The position numbers and the translations under genes were made by a program. This document shows, piece by piece, positions 63,148 through 64,000 of a stretch of 64,000 nt of DNA (within the stretch, counting starts at the first letter, position 1; each line of letters begins with the position of its first letter). This stretch comes from Eledone cirrhosa. Its lineage: Eukaryota. The stretch lies in contig OZ024741.1 in the NCBI GenBank assembly GCA_964016885.1, positions 110,484,001 to 110,548,000 of the forward strand, in the 5' to 3' direction. A model generated the notes under the pieces. That model was not told the origin of the DNA. It did not search any database and saw only the letters and a program-made list of their open reading frames with translations.

Positions 63148-64000
63148 GAAGGACCAGCAGTGCAAGTTAAAGGTAGTATAATAAGTAAGGCAATCAAAGA
63201 TATGAAGACAGGCAAGGCAGCTGGGCCTTCAGAGATAGTTGCTGAGATGTTGAAGGCATCTCGTATGGTGGGACACACTATGGTCACCCGTATAGTTAAC
63301 CAAGTAATACAGAATCGGGTCATACCGAAAGACTGGCGTAACAGCATCATCATTAACTGCTACAAAGGTAAAGGGGAAACTATAGAGGCATTTAGTTGAC
63401 CAGGTCATGAAGGTCACAGAAAGAGTTATAGCGCAACTAATCAGAGAGCAAATTGATCTAGATGAAATGCAGTTTGGGTTTGTGTGAGGTAAAAGTACCA
63501 CAGACGCTCTTTTCCTTGTATGACAACTACAAGAGAAGTACCTAGCTTTAAACCCTCTACTTAGCTTTTGTAGACCTGGAGAAAGCTTTTGACAGAATCC
63601 CCCGCTCCATTATCTGGTGGGCTCTTAGAAAACTAGGTGTAGATGAAGGGCTTGTGAGAGCTATACAAACTATGTATAATGAAACAGTCAGTAAGGTTAG
63701 AATTAACAATGAATATTGTGAAGAATTTAGTGTAAAAGTTGGCGTTCATCAAGGCTCTGTCTTTAGCCCCCTCTTATTTATTATTGCCCTTCAGGCTATA
63801 ACAGAGGAGTTCAAGACCGGCTGCCCATGGGAACTCCTATACACAGATGATCTAACGCTCATAGCTGAATCAATGGCTGAACTAGAGAAGAAATTCGAAA
63901 CATGGAAGCATGGCCTAGAATCAAAAGACCTTAAAGTTAACTTGTCTAAGACTAAAGTTCAATTTGTAGAAAGGAAAATAGGGCCCAGGTGCCCTCAGGG
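63148..64000 (+). pseudogene. RTE LINE (family A) RT region, 5'-truncated, disrupted, runs off window end
   Basis: MKTGKAAGPSEIVAEMLKA..QFGF..FVDLEKAFD..YTDD; stops and frameshifts; homologous to 32328-33902. Confidence 0.92.

Overview
AT-rich, repeat-dense animal genomic DNA. The SINE/LINE content and the (TA)n/(CA)n/(CAT)n microsatellite load look like an octopod cephalopod; this is inferred from repeat style only. I found no supportable host protein-coding exon, so the window looks like a gene desert or giant intron. Most ORFs in the track are microsatellite artefacts. Real coding remnants all come from transposons: several RTE-clade LINE families (one 5'-truncated copy keeps an uninterrupted 524-aa RT ORF with an embedded PHD finger), a DD37D maT transposase, a hAT transposase, two Penelope-like (Naiad-type) fragments, two R4/Dong-type endonuclease ends and CR1-group ends. 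Non-coding elements include Helitrons, piggyBac-, pogo- and mariner-type MITEs, and tRNA-derived SINEs, often in tandem. The most interesting signal is a set of small inserts, mostly in (TA)n, carrying hammerhead ribozyme motifs. Two have intact catalytic cores (14006-14061 and 56016-56102, minus strand), several are decayed, and one overlaps an antisense tRNA-Cys-like fragment. Coordinates were read by eye; element boundaries are approximate.
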